34,781 bases of DNA, from the IMG/VR virus record IMGVR_UViG_3300017589_000264, positions 1 through 34,781 of that record. The stretch is one strand, 5' to 3'. Shown piece after piece: positions 8,214 to 16,475 of the stretch (its first letter is position 1; every line of letters starts with the position of its first letter). The translations under genes and the position numbers were made by a program. The notes beneath the pieces are model-generated. The model saw only the letters and a program-made list of their open reading frames with translations. It did no database searches and had not been told where the DNA came from. Source of the stretch: a virus. Taxonomy: Duplodnaviria; Caudoviricetes.

Positions 8214-8255
8214 TAATTAATTATAACAGATAATCAAAATATTGTAAATAGGAAG

Positions 8256-8450
8256 GTGATTGCTTTCAAATTTTATAAATGTGAAAAATGCGGATATAGT
8301 ACATGGACTATGGAATCAATAAAGAAAACGAAATGTCTTAAATGTGGGAATTTAGTAGAAACAAAGGTTCAAGAAAAAAAGGCTGATACGATATCTAGTT
8401 TTCCTGGTGAATTTAAAAATATTAAATGCAGCATAAAAGATAGTAGTTAA
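8256..8450 (+). CDS. Zinc-ribbon hypothetical protein
   Basis: CEKCG and CLKCG pairs. Confidence 0.6.
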   Translation: MIAFKFYKCEKCGYSTWTMESIKKTKCLKCGNLVETKVQEKKADTISSFPGEFKNIKCSIKDSS

Positions 8451-8591
8451 TTTATTAATGAATTTAATAAGTAATATACAGGATTTTGATTTTAAATACA
8501 TAAAATCACTACCCTTAGCTTTTAGTACACAAAATAATCTTAAATTTTAATATTTATACAATACAAAAAATATACTAAGGAGAAAAAAACA

Positions 8592-8975
8592 ATGAATGAT
8601 GAAAGAAACGAAGAACAAAAAAGTATTTTAGATATGGTCCAGGGTGGAGTGACTGAGATCGTAAATGAGAACGTCGCACAGATATTATACAACATTCAAA
8701 ATCTAAATACAGATCTAAAAGCAAGGGAGTTAGTAATTAAAGTTAAGCTTTCGCCTGCTGATGAAAGGAGAAGGAAAATCAATGTTACTTATCAGACTAA
8801 TCCTAAGTTAAGACCAATTAATCCAATAGCAACAAGTATCTATGCTGCAGCTGATGAAAATGGGCAACTAACAGCAATGGAGTTGATGGAACATTTACCA
8901 GGTCAAATGAGCATGGATGGAGAAGAAGCTCCCAAACCTATAGTAATTAATTTTGCAAAAGTAGTAAATAAATAA
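8592..8975 (+). CDS. Conserved phage early protein (often annotated replication-terminator-like)
   Basis: NIQNLNTDLKARELVIKVKLSP...PGQMSM pattern; AAGGAG RBS. Confidence 0.6.
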   Translation: MNDERNEEQKSILDMVQGGVTEIVNENVAQILYNIQNLNTDLKARELVIKVKLSPADERRRKINVTYQTNPKLRPINPIATSIYAAADENGQLTAMELMEHLPGQMSMDGEEAPKPIVINFAKVVNK

Positions 8976-9003
8976 AAAAATAAAATTTAAGAAGGAGAAC
9001 AAA

Positions 9004-9756
9004 ATGTACGAAAATAACAGTGGTTTAAGAGAAGCAATAACTAAAATTGAGGAAATGGCACAGAAAGAAAACACTCAATTATTTGAAATTAATGGTGAGA
9101 AGTACAGCACAGGAGAATTAAACAAAATTAAAAGAGAATATTATTCTCCTAAAAACATTGATGTAAATACGTTAGAAAGTTTAGTAGATATAATTAAAGT
9201 TGAATTAAACAAAGCTTACAAGCCATTATTTTTAAGGGTTGCAAGTCCTATACATGTTGAAGTATTTAGCACATATCACTATTCAGAAGAATATTGCAGG
9301 AGAGATTATTTATATGCTGCTCTAGCTGAATTACCAAGTATTAGATTTAACGAATTTATGGACCATGAAAGCTTTATGATTGCATTAAGAAGTAAATTTA
9401 TAGAAACAGAAGATACCGCGTATTTATTAAAACTTTTATCATCTATAACTGATAAAAATTCTGTTGAAACAGAAGACAACGGATTGACCCAAACAGTACA
9501 AGCAAAAAAAAGTATTGTTATGGTTGAAAATGTAAATGTAAGACCTAAAGTAATATTAAAACCATTCAGAACATTTATTGAGCTAGACCAACCTGAAAGT
9601 GAGTTTTTATTAAGGCTTAAAGAGGGCGGTTACATAGGGTTGTTTGAGGCTGATGGTGGTGCGTGGAAACTTGAAGCAAAAGAATTTATTAAAGAATTTT
9701 TATCAGAGTATCTTGAAGTTGAGATTGCATCAGGGGAAATTATAGTAATAGCATAA
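9004..9756 (+). CDS. Conserved phage protein, usual partner of the upstream gene
   Basis: DNGLTQTV, LKPFRTFIELDQPESEFLLRL, LFEADGGAWK. Confidence 0.7.
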   Translation: MYENNSGLREAITKIEEMAQKENTQLFEINGEKYSTGELNKIKREYYSPKNIDVNTLESLVDIIKVELNKAYKPLFLRVASPIHVEVFSTYHYSEEYCRRDYLYAALAELPSIRFNEFMDHESFMIALRSKFIETEDTAYLLKLLSSITDKNSVETEDNGLTQTVQAKKSIVMVENVNVRPKVILKPFRTFIELDQPESEFLLRLKEGGYIGLFEADGGAWKLEAKEFIKEFLSEYLEVEIASGEIIVIA

Positions 9757-9760
9757 TATT

Positions 9761-9781
9761 AGGGGGATTATTCCCCCTTTT
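9761..9781 (+). terminator. Intrinsic terminator-like hairpin
   Basis: AGGGGGA-TTAT-TCCCCCT then TTT. Confidence 0.6.
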
Positions 9782-9802
9782 GAAAGAAAGGTGGCTTTTT
9801 AA

Positions 9803-10621
9803 TTGGCAGATATAAAGTGGATAAAGATGGCAGTTGATATTTTTGATAATAGAAAAATCAAGCAGATCAGAAAACTGCCTGATGGTGATGCAATAATTGT
9901 TGTATGGATGCAAATACTTTGCTTGGCAGGGCAAACAAATAATAGTGGAATGGTTTATTTTGCTAAAGATATACCATACACAGATGAAATGTTAGCGGTT
10001 GAATTTGACAGACCTATAAACTTGATAAGACTAGCATTAGCTACTTTTGAAAGATTTAAAATGATAGAGATTATTGATGATATATTATTAGTAAGTAACT
10101 GGGAGAAATATCAAAGTACTGATAAGTTAGAGAAAATTAAAGAGCAAAATAGGTTAAGAAAACAAAAACAACGAGAAAATGAAACTAATTTAATTGAATG
10201 TCACGTGACAGGTCACACAGATGTCACACAATATCACGCAACAGAACTAGAACTAGATATAGATATAGATAAAGATAAAGATAAAGATAAAGATATATAT
10301 AAAGACATTAATAAAAAACATAAATATGGTGAATACAAAAATGTTTTTTTGACTGATAAACAATTAGCTCAACTAAAAGATAAATTTCCAAATGATTGGC
10401 CATATTGGATTGAAACATTATCAGAAGGTATTGAACTTAAAGGATACAAGTATAAAAATCATTATTTAGCAATAACTAAATGGGCTAACAAGGATAATAA
10501 AGGTGGTGATATTAGTGGAAAATACGGAAACTCAATTAAATTTGATATCCCAAAGATTAATAAAAAGCCTTCAGGAGAAGAGAATCTCAATAAAACAATC
10601 AAAGAGCTTGGACTCATATAA
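9803..10621 (+). CDS. Phage replisome organiser (replication initiator)
   Basis: IKWIKMAVDIFDNRKIKQIRKLPDGD N-terminal domain; NWEKYQ; DKDKDK linker. Confidence 0.9.
   Translation: MADIKWIKMAVDIFDNRKIKQIRKLPDGDAIIVVWMQILCLAGQTNNSGMVYFAKDIPYTDEMLAVEFDRPINLIRLALATFERFKMIEIIDDILLVSNWEKYQSTDKLEKIKEQNRLRKQKQRENETNLIECHVTGHTDVTQYHATELELDIDIDKDKDKDKDIYKDINKKHKYGEYKNVFLTDKQLAQLKDKFPNDWPYWIETLSEGIELKGYKYKNHYLAITKWANKDNKGGDISGKYGNSIKFDIPKINKKPSGEENLNKTIKELGLI
10200..10242 (+). repeat. Four (G/A)TCAC iteron-like repeats inside the initiator gene; probable origin
   Basis: TCAC at 10201, 10213, 10224 and 10234 (10-12 bp spacing), followed by a purine-rich AT tract. Confidence 0.6.
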
Positions 10622-11282
10622 ATGTGAAAAATGCAAAGATACATATTGGATTCTTGATGGTAATAATTATAAAAGATGTGAGTGTTTTGAATTAAGCAAA
10701 GATGAAAAAATGTTTTACAAAAGCGGAATTAAGGATGATAGTTATACTTTTACAAACTTTGTGGAGTGGAACGACACTTCAACGCAAATGAAAAAGGTTG
10801 CTACTGACTATTTCAAGAGTTTTACGGAAATAAAAGATTGCAGACAAAATAGTATAGCATTTTTAGGACAAGTTGGTGGTGGTAAAACTCATTTAACTGT
10901 TGCCCTGGGCATGAACATTTTAAAAAGCAAAAGAATATCTGTTGTTTATTTAAGTTATAGAGATGTGGTAACAAATTTAAAACAAAATATGACTGATGAA
11001 GAATACTACCAAAGGCAACTAGACAAATATAGAAACGCAAAAGTATTGCTAATTGATGATATGCTGAAAGGTAAAACAACTGATAGCGATAAAAACATAA
11101 TGTTTGAGATTATAAATTATAGATATATAAACCATCTGCCAATTATTCTATCAAGTGAATATGATCTCAATGCTTTGTTAAATTTTGATGAAGCAATTGG
11201 ATCTAGACTCTATGAAATGTCTAAAGATTACATAGTTGAGGTTAAAAAGGATATTAAAAATAATTATAGATTGAGGGGATGA
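10515..11282 (+). CDS. DnaC/IstB-like ATPase (helicase loader)
   Basis: CEKC...CEC zinc motif, Walker A GQVGGGKT, Walker B LLIDD; GTG at 10515 after GGTGGTGA (track start 10503). Confidence 0.9.
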   Translation: MENTETQLNLISQRLIKSLQEKRISIKQSKSLDSYKCEKCKDTYWILDGNNYKRCECFELSKDEKMFYKSGIKDDSYTFTNFVEWNDTSTQMKKVATDYFKSFTEIKDCRQNSIAFLGQVGGGKTHLTVALGMNILKSKRISVVYLSYRDVVTNLKQNMTDEEYYQRQLDKYRNAKVLLIDDMLKGKTTDSDKNIMFEIINYRYINHLPIILSSEYDLNALLNFDEAIGSRLYEMSKDYIVEVKKDIKNNYRLRG

Positions 11283-11286
11283 AGAT

Positions 11287-11478
11287 ATGATTAATAAGGG
11301 TGACCAAGTGAAAATTAATGGTAGTGCTGAAGAAGAAAAATACAAAGATTGTATATTTGAAGTATTGAGTGAGCCATACAACATATGCGGTTCGGAAGTT
11401 GTGAAAATAAAATGCCATAAAACAGGTAAGTACTTTGGCGGAGGTTATGCTACAGAGTTTTTGGAGGTAGAAAAGTGA
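11287..11478 (+). CDS. Hypothetical protein
   Basis: GAGGGG RBS; operonic position. Confidence 0.7.
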   Translation: MINKGDQVKINGSAEEEKYKDCIFEVLSEPYNICGSEVVKIKCHKTGKYFGGGYATEFLEVEK

Positions 11479-11840
11479 AAATATTAGAAGAGCTAGTAGA
11501 TTACATATTAAACAACATCAAACCGTATCCAGGTAACGTTGAAGTTGCTGAAAATACATCTTACTTAGTTATGTTAATTAAGAAGTTTGACAAGGAGAAT
11601 AACAACGGTTGGATTCCTGTAAGTAATAGATTACCCAACAAAAAAGAGTGCAATAAGTTTGATGATTGTATGCACTCAAACTATAGAAAATTTCTTTGTA
11701 CAATTAAAATTGCAGATTATGAGCCGATAACTAGAGAACTTTATTATTCAAAAATATTTGGATGGAAATATGGTCCGTCTGATTATAACAAATATGTTAT
11801 AGCATGGCAGCCATTACCTGAACCATATAAGGAAGATTGA
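11475..11840 (+). CDS. DUF551-like phage protein
   Basis: GWIPVSNRLP...VIAWQPLPEPY. Confidence 0.8.
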   Translation: MKILEELVDYILNNIKPYPGNVEVAENTSYLVMLIKKFDKENNNGWIPVSNRLPNKKECNKFDDCMHSNYRKFLCTIKIADYEPITRELYYSKIFGWKYGPSDYNKYVIAWQPLPEPYKED

Positions 11841-12317
11841 GTGATGAATAAACCAATCTTAGATGCTTGTTGTGGAAGTAAAATGTTTTGGTTTGACAAA
11901 GAAAATGAAAATGTAATATTTATGGATAATAGAGAACTTGAAGATACGTTATGTGATGGCCGTAAATTAGTTATTAAACCAGACATTGTGGGGGATTTTA
12001 AAAACATTCCATATGATGACAAAAAATTTAAACTTGTTGTATTTGACCCACCGCATTTAGTACAGGTAGGCGAAAGTTCTTGGCTAGTAAAAAAGTACGG
12101 CAAGCTTCCAAAAGAGTGGAAAAGTGAATTGAAACAGGGATTTGACGAATGTATGAGGGTGCTTGATGATTACGGAGTATTGATTTTTAAGTGGAATGAA
12201 GAACAAATTAAATTATCGGAAATATTGAAAGTAATAAAATATAAACCGTTATTTGGAAACAGGAGAGCTAAAACTCACTGGTTAGTATTTATGAAGGGAG
12301 TTGACATAAAAGAATGA
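11841..12317 (+). CDS. SAM-dependent amino-methyltransferase (probable DNA MTase)
   Basis: ILDACCG SAM-binding motif and FDPPH catalytic-type motif. Confidence 0.85.
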   Translation: MMNKPILDACCGSKMFWFDKENENVIFMDNRELEDTLCDGRKLVIKPDIVGDFKNIPYDDKKFKLVVFDPPHLVQVGESSWLVKKYGKLPKEWKSELKQGFDECMRVLDDYGVLIFKWNEEQIKLSEILKVIKYKPLFGNRRAKTHWLVFMKGVDIKE

Positions 12318-12356
12318 ATCGAGAAGTAAAAATGAGATTCTCAAAGGAGGATAAAG

Positions 12357-12842
12357 ATGGAGAGATTTAGTGAAATTGATAAATCCATAGAAATATTAAA
12401 CAAATATCAATATATATTTAGCGGAACTGAATATTGTAATTTGTTAGATTCTTTAGAATATTTAAAAAAATACGAAGATACAGGATTAGAGCCAGAAGAA
12501 ATAACAAAAGTCATAAAAAGTGGCGTTCCTGAATGGATAGACAAATATATTGAATATAGAAAATTAGAAGAACAAGGGTTATTGATTAAATTTCCTTGTA
12601 AGGTTGGAGATATTGTTTATATTATACATGATTACAGTGATTTGAGAGACTATCAAAGGAAACCATTGTTAATACCTATAAAATGTAAAGTTACTTGCAT
12701 TATCATAGATGCAGATAATAAATATTATTATAATTTAGTAAGTATAGACGATTTGTTTCAAACCGGCGATACTTTTGATGAGATACCAGGTGACGATATA
12801 TATTCAACATTTGAAGAAGCTGAAAAGGCATCAGAACAATGA
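12357..12842 (+). CDS. Hypothetical phage protein
   Basis: YEDTGLEPEEI, EEQGLLIKFPCKVGDIVY, TFEEAEKA motifs common in Firmicute phages. Confidence 0.8.
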   Translation: MERFSEIDKSIEILNKYQYIFSGTEYCNLLDSLEYLKKYEDTGLEPEEITKVIKSGVPEWIDKYIEYRKLEEQGLLIKFPCKVGDIVYIIHDYSDLRDYQRKPLLIPIKCKVTCIIIDADNKYYYNLVSIDDLFQTGDTFDEIPGDDIYSTFEEAEKASEQ

Positions 12843-12952
12843 TATTTATAATAGGGTTTATATTAGGTGTGATAGTTGGAGCTGTTGGAATGAGTTTACT
12901 TGTAATTATTGGACTTGAAGAATATAAAAAAGAAAGGCTGGGGAAAAAATGA
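12839..12952 (+). CDS. Single-pass membrane peptide (37 aa)
   Basis: MIFIIGFILGVIVGAVGMSLLVIIG...; ATGA overlaps at both ends. Confidence 0.65.
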   Translation: MIFIIGFILGVIVGAVGMSLLVIIGLEEYKKERLGKK

Positions 12953-13164
12953 ATAGCAAGAACAATCTAAAAAAAAATGGCAGTGGATGTAATGATCCTA
13001 CAGCATTTGAAGCAATAAAATCAGTTACAAAATATACGAAAAATAGGGATCAAGAGGTTAAAGAAGCAATAACTTTGGTAAAAAAGATGTTTAAAAAGTT
13101 CGATATGGAGGTTATAAACAGGATGTACATAAAAGATAAAAAGACAGGTAAAAGGTATAAATAA
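12949..13164 (+). CDS. Hypothetical phage protein
   Basis: KNGSGCNDPTAFEAI...IKDKKTGKRY. Confidence 0.8.
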   Translation: MNSKNNLKKNGSGCNDPTAFEAIKSVTKYTKNRDQEVKEAITLVKKMFKKFDMEVINRMYIKDKKTGKRYK

Positions 13165-13604
13165 TGCGTAAAGATACTATAAGAGATTATGCGACAGAAG
13201 CTTTCAGATATTATGCAGCGAAGGGTATGACATATGAAATATTAAAAGAAAAATATTACAATGAAGCTTTAGAAAGTTATCAAAGAACGCATGAAAAGGG
13301 GACAGGCATAAGTAAACCAACCGAACAGGCTGTCATTTATGCAGAAAATAAATTAAGAAAAAAGCAAGCTGAACTTTGGGACATGCTTGCAGTAGAAAAA
13401 GCCCTAGCACAGTTACCGCTATATATAAAAAGTGCTGTAGAAATAGTATATTTTACTAATGCGGATAAAGATTTAGAAAAAGGTGAGATTAGTGAAAGAG
13501 TTCAATGTGCAAGTACATACATTTATTCTGATGTTAGCACAATTTATAGACATTTGAGAAAAGCTAGAAAGCTTTTTGCTTATGAGAGGGGGTTGAGAAT
13601 GTAA
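13164..13604 (+). CDS. Probable late transcriptional activator (RinA/ArpU-like position and fold)
   Basis: Last early gene; C-terminal AVEKALAQLP...STIYRHLRKARKLFA HTH. Confidence 0.65.
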   Translation: MRKDTIRDYATEAFRYYAAKGMTYEILKEKYYNEALESYQRTHEKGTGISKPTEQAVIYAENKLRKKQAELWDMLAVEKALAQLPLYIKSAVEIVYFTNADKDLEKGEISERVQCASTYIYSDVSTIYRHLRKARKLFAYERGLRM

Positions 13605-13658
13605 TAATAGTTATGCACTAACAGGAGTTTATACGATTAAAACATAATTATTTTTAAG

Positions 13659-13690
13659 AGAGATAGTCAAAATTAATTTTGGCTATCTCT
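13659..13690. terminator. Hairpin between convergent units
   Basis: AGAGATAGTCAAAA-TTAA-TTTTGGCTATCTCT. Confidence 0.6.
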
Positions 13691-13861
13691 ACATAATTGA
13701 TCTAATGTAATTTTTAATGCATCTGCTAATTTAACAGCAGTGCTTACTTTGCAATCTTCCCGTTTTTCCAAATCTTCTATCGTCCGCACGGGAACTCCCG
13801 ATAATTTTGATAGAGCAGGTACAGAGAGGCCCTGCTCTAATCTTATTTTTTTTAGATTCAT
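13673..13861 (-). CDS. Stand-alone Xre HTH protein (Aca-like position)
   Basis: LKKIRLEQGLSVPALSKLSGVPVRTIEDLE...KLADALKITLDQL. Confidence 0.9.
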   Translation of the reverse strand: MNLKKIRLEQGLSVPALSKLSGVPVRTIEDLEKREDCKVSTAVKLADALKITLDQLCRDSQN

Positions 13862-13883
13862 ATAATCAACCTTTTATTTATTT

Positions 13884-14135
13884 TTATATATCCTCGTAAT
13901 AAAGTTCTAATCTTCCTTCATCAACTTCAGTGTTAAACCAATTAAGTAAGTCATTTGCATCTTTTTTAGGATCATTATAAAGTTTCATGAAATCATCAAC
14001 TTGTTTGTTTGTCAACATAAACTCATGACACCTTTGATTAAATTCACGGAATACATAATATAATCTTTTCCCTTTTAGCGTGATGTGGTCGCATTCCAAA
14101 CTATTTGGTACTATTTTGATTGTTTCTTTTGACAT
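13884..14135 (-). CDS. Hypothetical protein (83 aa)
   Basis: AGGAGG RBS 8 nt before the ATG at 14135. Confidence 0.8.
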   Translation of the reverse strand: MSKETIKIVPNSLECDHITLKGKRLYYVFREFNQRCHEFMLTNKQVDDFMKLYNDPKKDANDLLNWFNTEVDEGRLELYYEDI

Positions 14136-14166
14136 TTTCAAATCCTCCTGTAATTTTTATTTTTTT

Positions 14167-14481
14167 TTATAAAGTCCTTCCACCTTCAGGAATATATGCA
14201 ACGTATCTATACTTAGAATCTCCACTACTATCGTAACGTCTTTCCTTTATTTCACTGTGTGCAATTTGCCATTCTGTGGCATCCTTGTAATCATCAGATT
14301 GATATACAATCTCTGCATTTCTATTATTAATAAAATTTTTTTCAAGTTCTTCAAGCGTATAGCGTTTGGTTTCATATTTTGATAGTTCACTACAACTGCC
14401 AATTTCATCCCCATTAGAAACGTCTATCTTTTCAACTACAATTATGTGTTTTTTTAATTGGCTAGCTTTCATTTCTTTCAT
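14167..14481 (-). CDS. Hypothetical protein (104 aa)
   Basis: GGAGGT RBS; first gene after a consensus promoter. Confidence 0.8.
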   Translation of the reverse strand: MKEMKASQLKKHIIVVEKIDVSNGDEIGSCSELSKYETKRYTLEELEKNFINNRNAEIVYQSDDYKDATEWQIAHSEIKERRYDSSGDSKYRYVAYIPEGGRTL

Positions 14482-14527
14482 TTTGTTACCTCCAATTTAT
14501 TTTTTAATTTGTTTTACCTTATAATTT

Positions 14528-14556
14528 ATTATACCACGCAACGACGTGGTTGTCAA
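14528..14556 (-). promoter_or_regulatory. Consensus sigmaA promoter with a palindromic operator in its spacer
   Basis: TTGACA(14556-14551)-17bp-TATAAT(14533-14528); ACCACG-N6-CGTGGT at 14533-14550. Confidence 0.85.
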
Positions 14557-14594
14557 TGCCTATTTTAGTTATTTTAAAATTATTTTTGTATAAG

Positions 14595-14630
14595 TTGCGA
14601 GTAGTAGGGGGTAAAAATGTGATATTATGT
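14595..14630 (+). promoter_or_regulatory. Possible activator-dependent late promoter
   Basis: TTGCGA followed by TG-type extended -10-like TGTGATATTAT; non-consensus spacing; upstream of late genes. Confidence 0.35.
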
Positions 14631-14664
14631 TATTATCGAAAAAGTTGTAAATAAGATTTTTAGG

Positions 14665-14698
14665 AAAAGTGCATCTCATTTTATGAAATGCACTTTTT
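14665..14698 (+). terminator. Terminator-like hairpin in the late leader
   Basis: AAAAGTGCAT...ATGCACTTTT plus T-run. Confidence 0.65.
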
Positions 14699-14861
14699 AT
14701 TTACAAAATTTCTTTTACTGGGTGCGAAACCTCCAAAAAAAATGAACATCCAGTAATTTTAATATGGTTGATACATTTATTGTATAGGGTGCATGTCTTG
14801 ATTAGCAGGGGTGGGTGCTTAGACATAAAAATATGGAGGAAAAAAGAGAGGTGAATTATGA

Positions 14862-15425
14862 GTGAACACTGTTGAACCGATTAGGGATAAAAATTTAATT
14901 TTAGATTTTGCTGATTATTTGAAATGTAAGAGAGATAGAGATTATGTGCTTTTTATGTTTGGAATTTATTCTGGATTAAGAATTTCTGATATTTTACCCT
15001 TAAAGGTTAGAGATGTGAAAGATGCAGGGTTTATTTATATCACCGAAGAAAAGACAGATAAAGAAAATAAACTAATAATAAATGATGAATTGAAACCGAT
15101 AATAAAAGATTATATTATTGGTAAAAGGGATTATGAATATCTATTTAAAAGGGACAAAGGAAAGGCCTTGCCAATTACAAGGCAAAGAGTTTGGCAAATT
15201 TTAAATGATGTAGCTGATGAATTTGAATATAAAGAGAAAATTGGTTGTCATACATTAAGAAAAACTTTTGGCTATTGGATATATCAAGATACGAAAGATG
15301 CTGCAATGTTACAAGATATTTTTAAACATAGTAGCATTGAATATACAAAACGATATATTGGAGTTAATCAAGATAGTAAAAATAAAATGATTAATAATTT
15401 ATCTTTTTCTAAGAGAATTAGATAA
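14862..15425 (+). CDS. Small tyrosine recombinase (catalytic domain only)
   Basis: GLRISD (R), EEKT (K), HTLRKT (HxxR), FKHSS, TKRYIG (Y). Confidence 0.92.
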   Translation: MNTVEPIRDKNLILDFADYLKCKRDRDYVLFMFGIYSGLRISDILPLKVRDVKDAGFIYITEEKTDKENKLIINDELKPIIKDYIIGKRDYEYLFKRDKGKALPITRQRVWQILNDVADEFEYKEKIGCHTLRKTFGYWIYQDTKDAAMLQDIFKHSSIEYTKRYIGVNQDSKNKMINNLSFSKRIR

Positions 15426-15442
15426 TTTTTTTTATACCTCAT

Positions 15443-15553
15443 GTTTTACATATATGGCTTATGTCAAATATCTTTTTAACGTAATGTTGTTTCTTCTATC
15501 AGTATATATAGGTCAAATTAAAATATTTTACAGAATGCTACGTTATGTCAAAT
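15443..15553. promoter_or_regulatory. Array of six dif-like half-sites (three inverted pairs); candidate recombinase target
   Basis: TTATGTCAAAT exact at 15459-15469 and 15543-15553, with related arms at 15443, 15474, 15508 and 15525. Confidence 0.7.
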
Positions 15554-15776
15554 ATAAATAAGTATAAATATATATTAAAATGTATTGAAATATCATAGGT
15601 TATTAGCCTTATATATAAAATAGGTGTAAAAAACATTGCAACGAATGTATGATTTTGCTAATTGAATGGCCAGAAAACAAACTCAATTGATATTGATATT
15701 ACATGTAAATTCAATGTGTGTAGAGTTCGACTTATGTTTAAAAATAAATATAAGTTTTAATAGGAGTTGATTTGGT

Positions 15777-16475
15777 GTGGGAAGGGCAAAAAGTCCTAAT
15801 AGAAATAAAGCTTTTGAATTATATATTGAGCGTGATGGAAATATAACATCTAAAGAAATTGCAAATATTTTAAATGAAAAAGTAAATAACATAAACATAT
15901 GGAGATCTAGTGATAAGTGGAAAGAAAAATATAAATGTAAGGTTGGTGCTCCATATGGTAATAAAAATGCTAATGGTAATGTAGGTGGCAGTGCCCCTTT
16001 AAAAAATTATAATGGTTTTAAGTATGGTAAGTATACTGAACGGATTCCTTTTGCTGTTAAAAATATTATGCAAGAATTAGATATTGAGGATCCTATTGAA
16101 AAGCAATGGAGAAGTATTTGTTTATTAGAGGCAAGAACTATACATATGCAAGATATAATGCACGTTAAAGATAAATCTGATATGACAAAAGAAATTAAAA
16201 AGATTTCTAAAGGAAAAACTAGTAGTACCGAATGGGATTTGCAATATGCATGGGATAAAGAGGCCAATTTGATGAATACTTTGTCTAGATCACTTGGAAC
16301 TTTGTCTAATATGATAGTTAAATATATAGAAATGGTTAATACAAATTGGGATACTGCTACAGAAGAACAAAAGTTGCGTGTTGATAAATTAAGAGTTCAA
16401 ATTGAAAATGAGAAAAAGTTTGATGGAAAGAATAATATAGTAATCTTTAAGGGAGAGGATTTACTTGAAGACTAA
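15777..16475 (+). CDS. terS: Terminase small subunit
   Basis: RSPNR-like start, HTH ending W...DKW, GAPYGNKNA motif, TEEQKLRVDKL. Confidence 0.88.
   Translation: MGRAKSPNRNKAFELYIERDGNITSKEIANILNEKVNNINIWRSSDKWKEKYKCKVGAPYGNKNANGNVGGSAPLKNYNGFKYGKYTERIPFAVKNIMQELDIEDPIEKQWRSICLLEARTIHMQDIMHVKDKSDMTKEIKKISKGKTSSTEWDLQYAWDKEANLMNTLSRSLGTLSNMIVKYIEMVNTNWDTATEEQKLRVDKLRVQIENEKKFDGKNNIVIFKGEDLLED

Noticed and set aside
10255-10305. (GATAAA)n run as a phase-variable microsatellite
   Set aside because: The 6-bp unit keeps frame and encodes the usual DKDK linker of replisome organisers
13659-14560. Inverted operon as a segment flipped by the nearby tyrosine recombinase
   Set aside because: I found no inverted repeats or TTATGTCAAAT-like arms flanking it; the candidate sites lie only downstream of the recombinase
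15560-15776. Small ORF or pac site upstream of terS
   Set aside because: The only plus-strand ORF of note (about 34 codons) has no RBS, and no pac signature can be recognised from sequence
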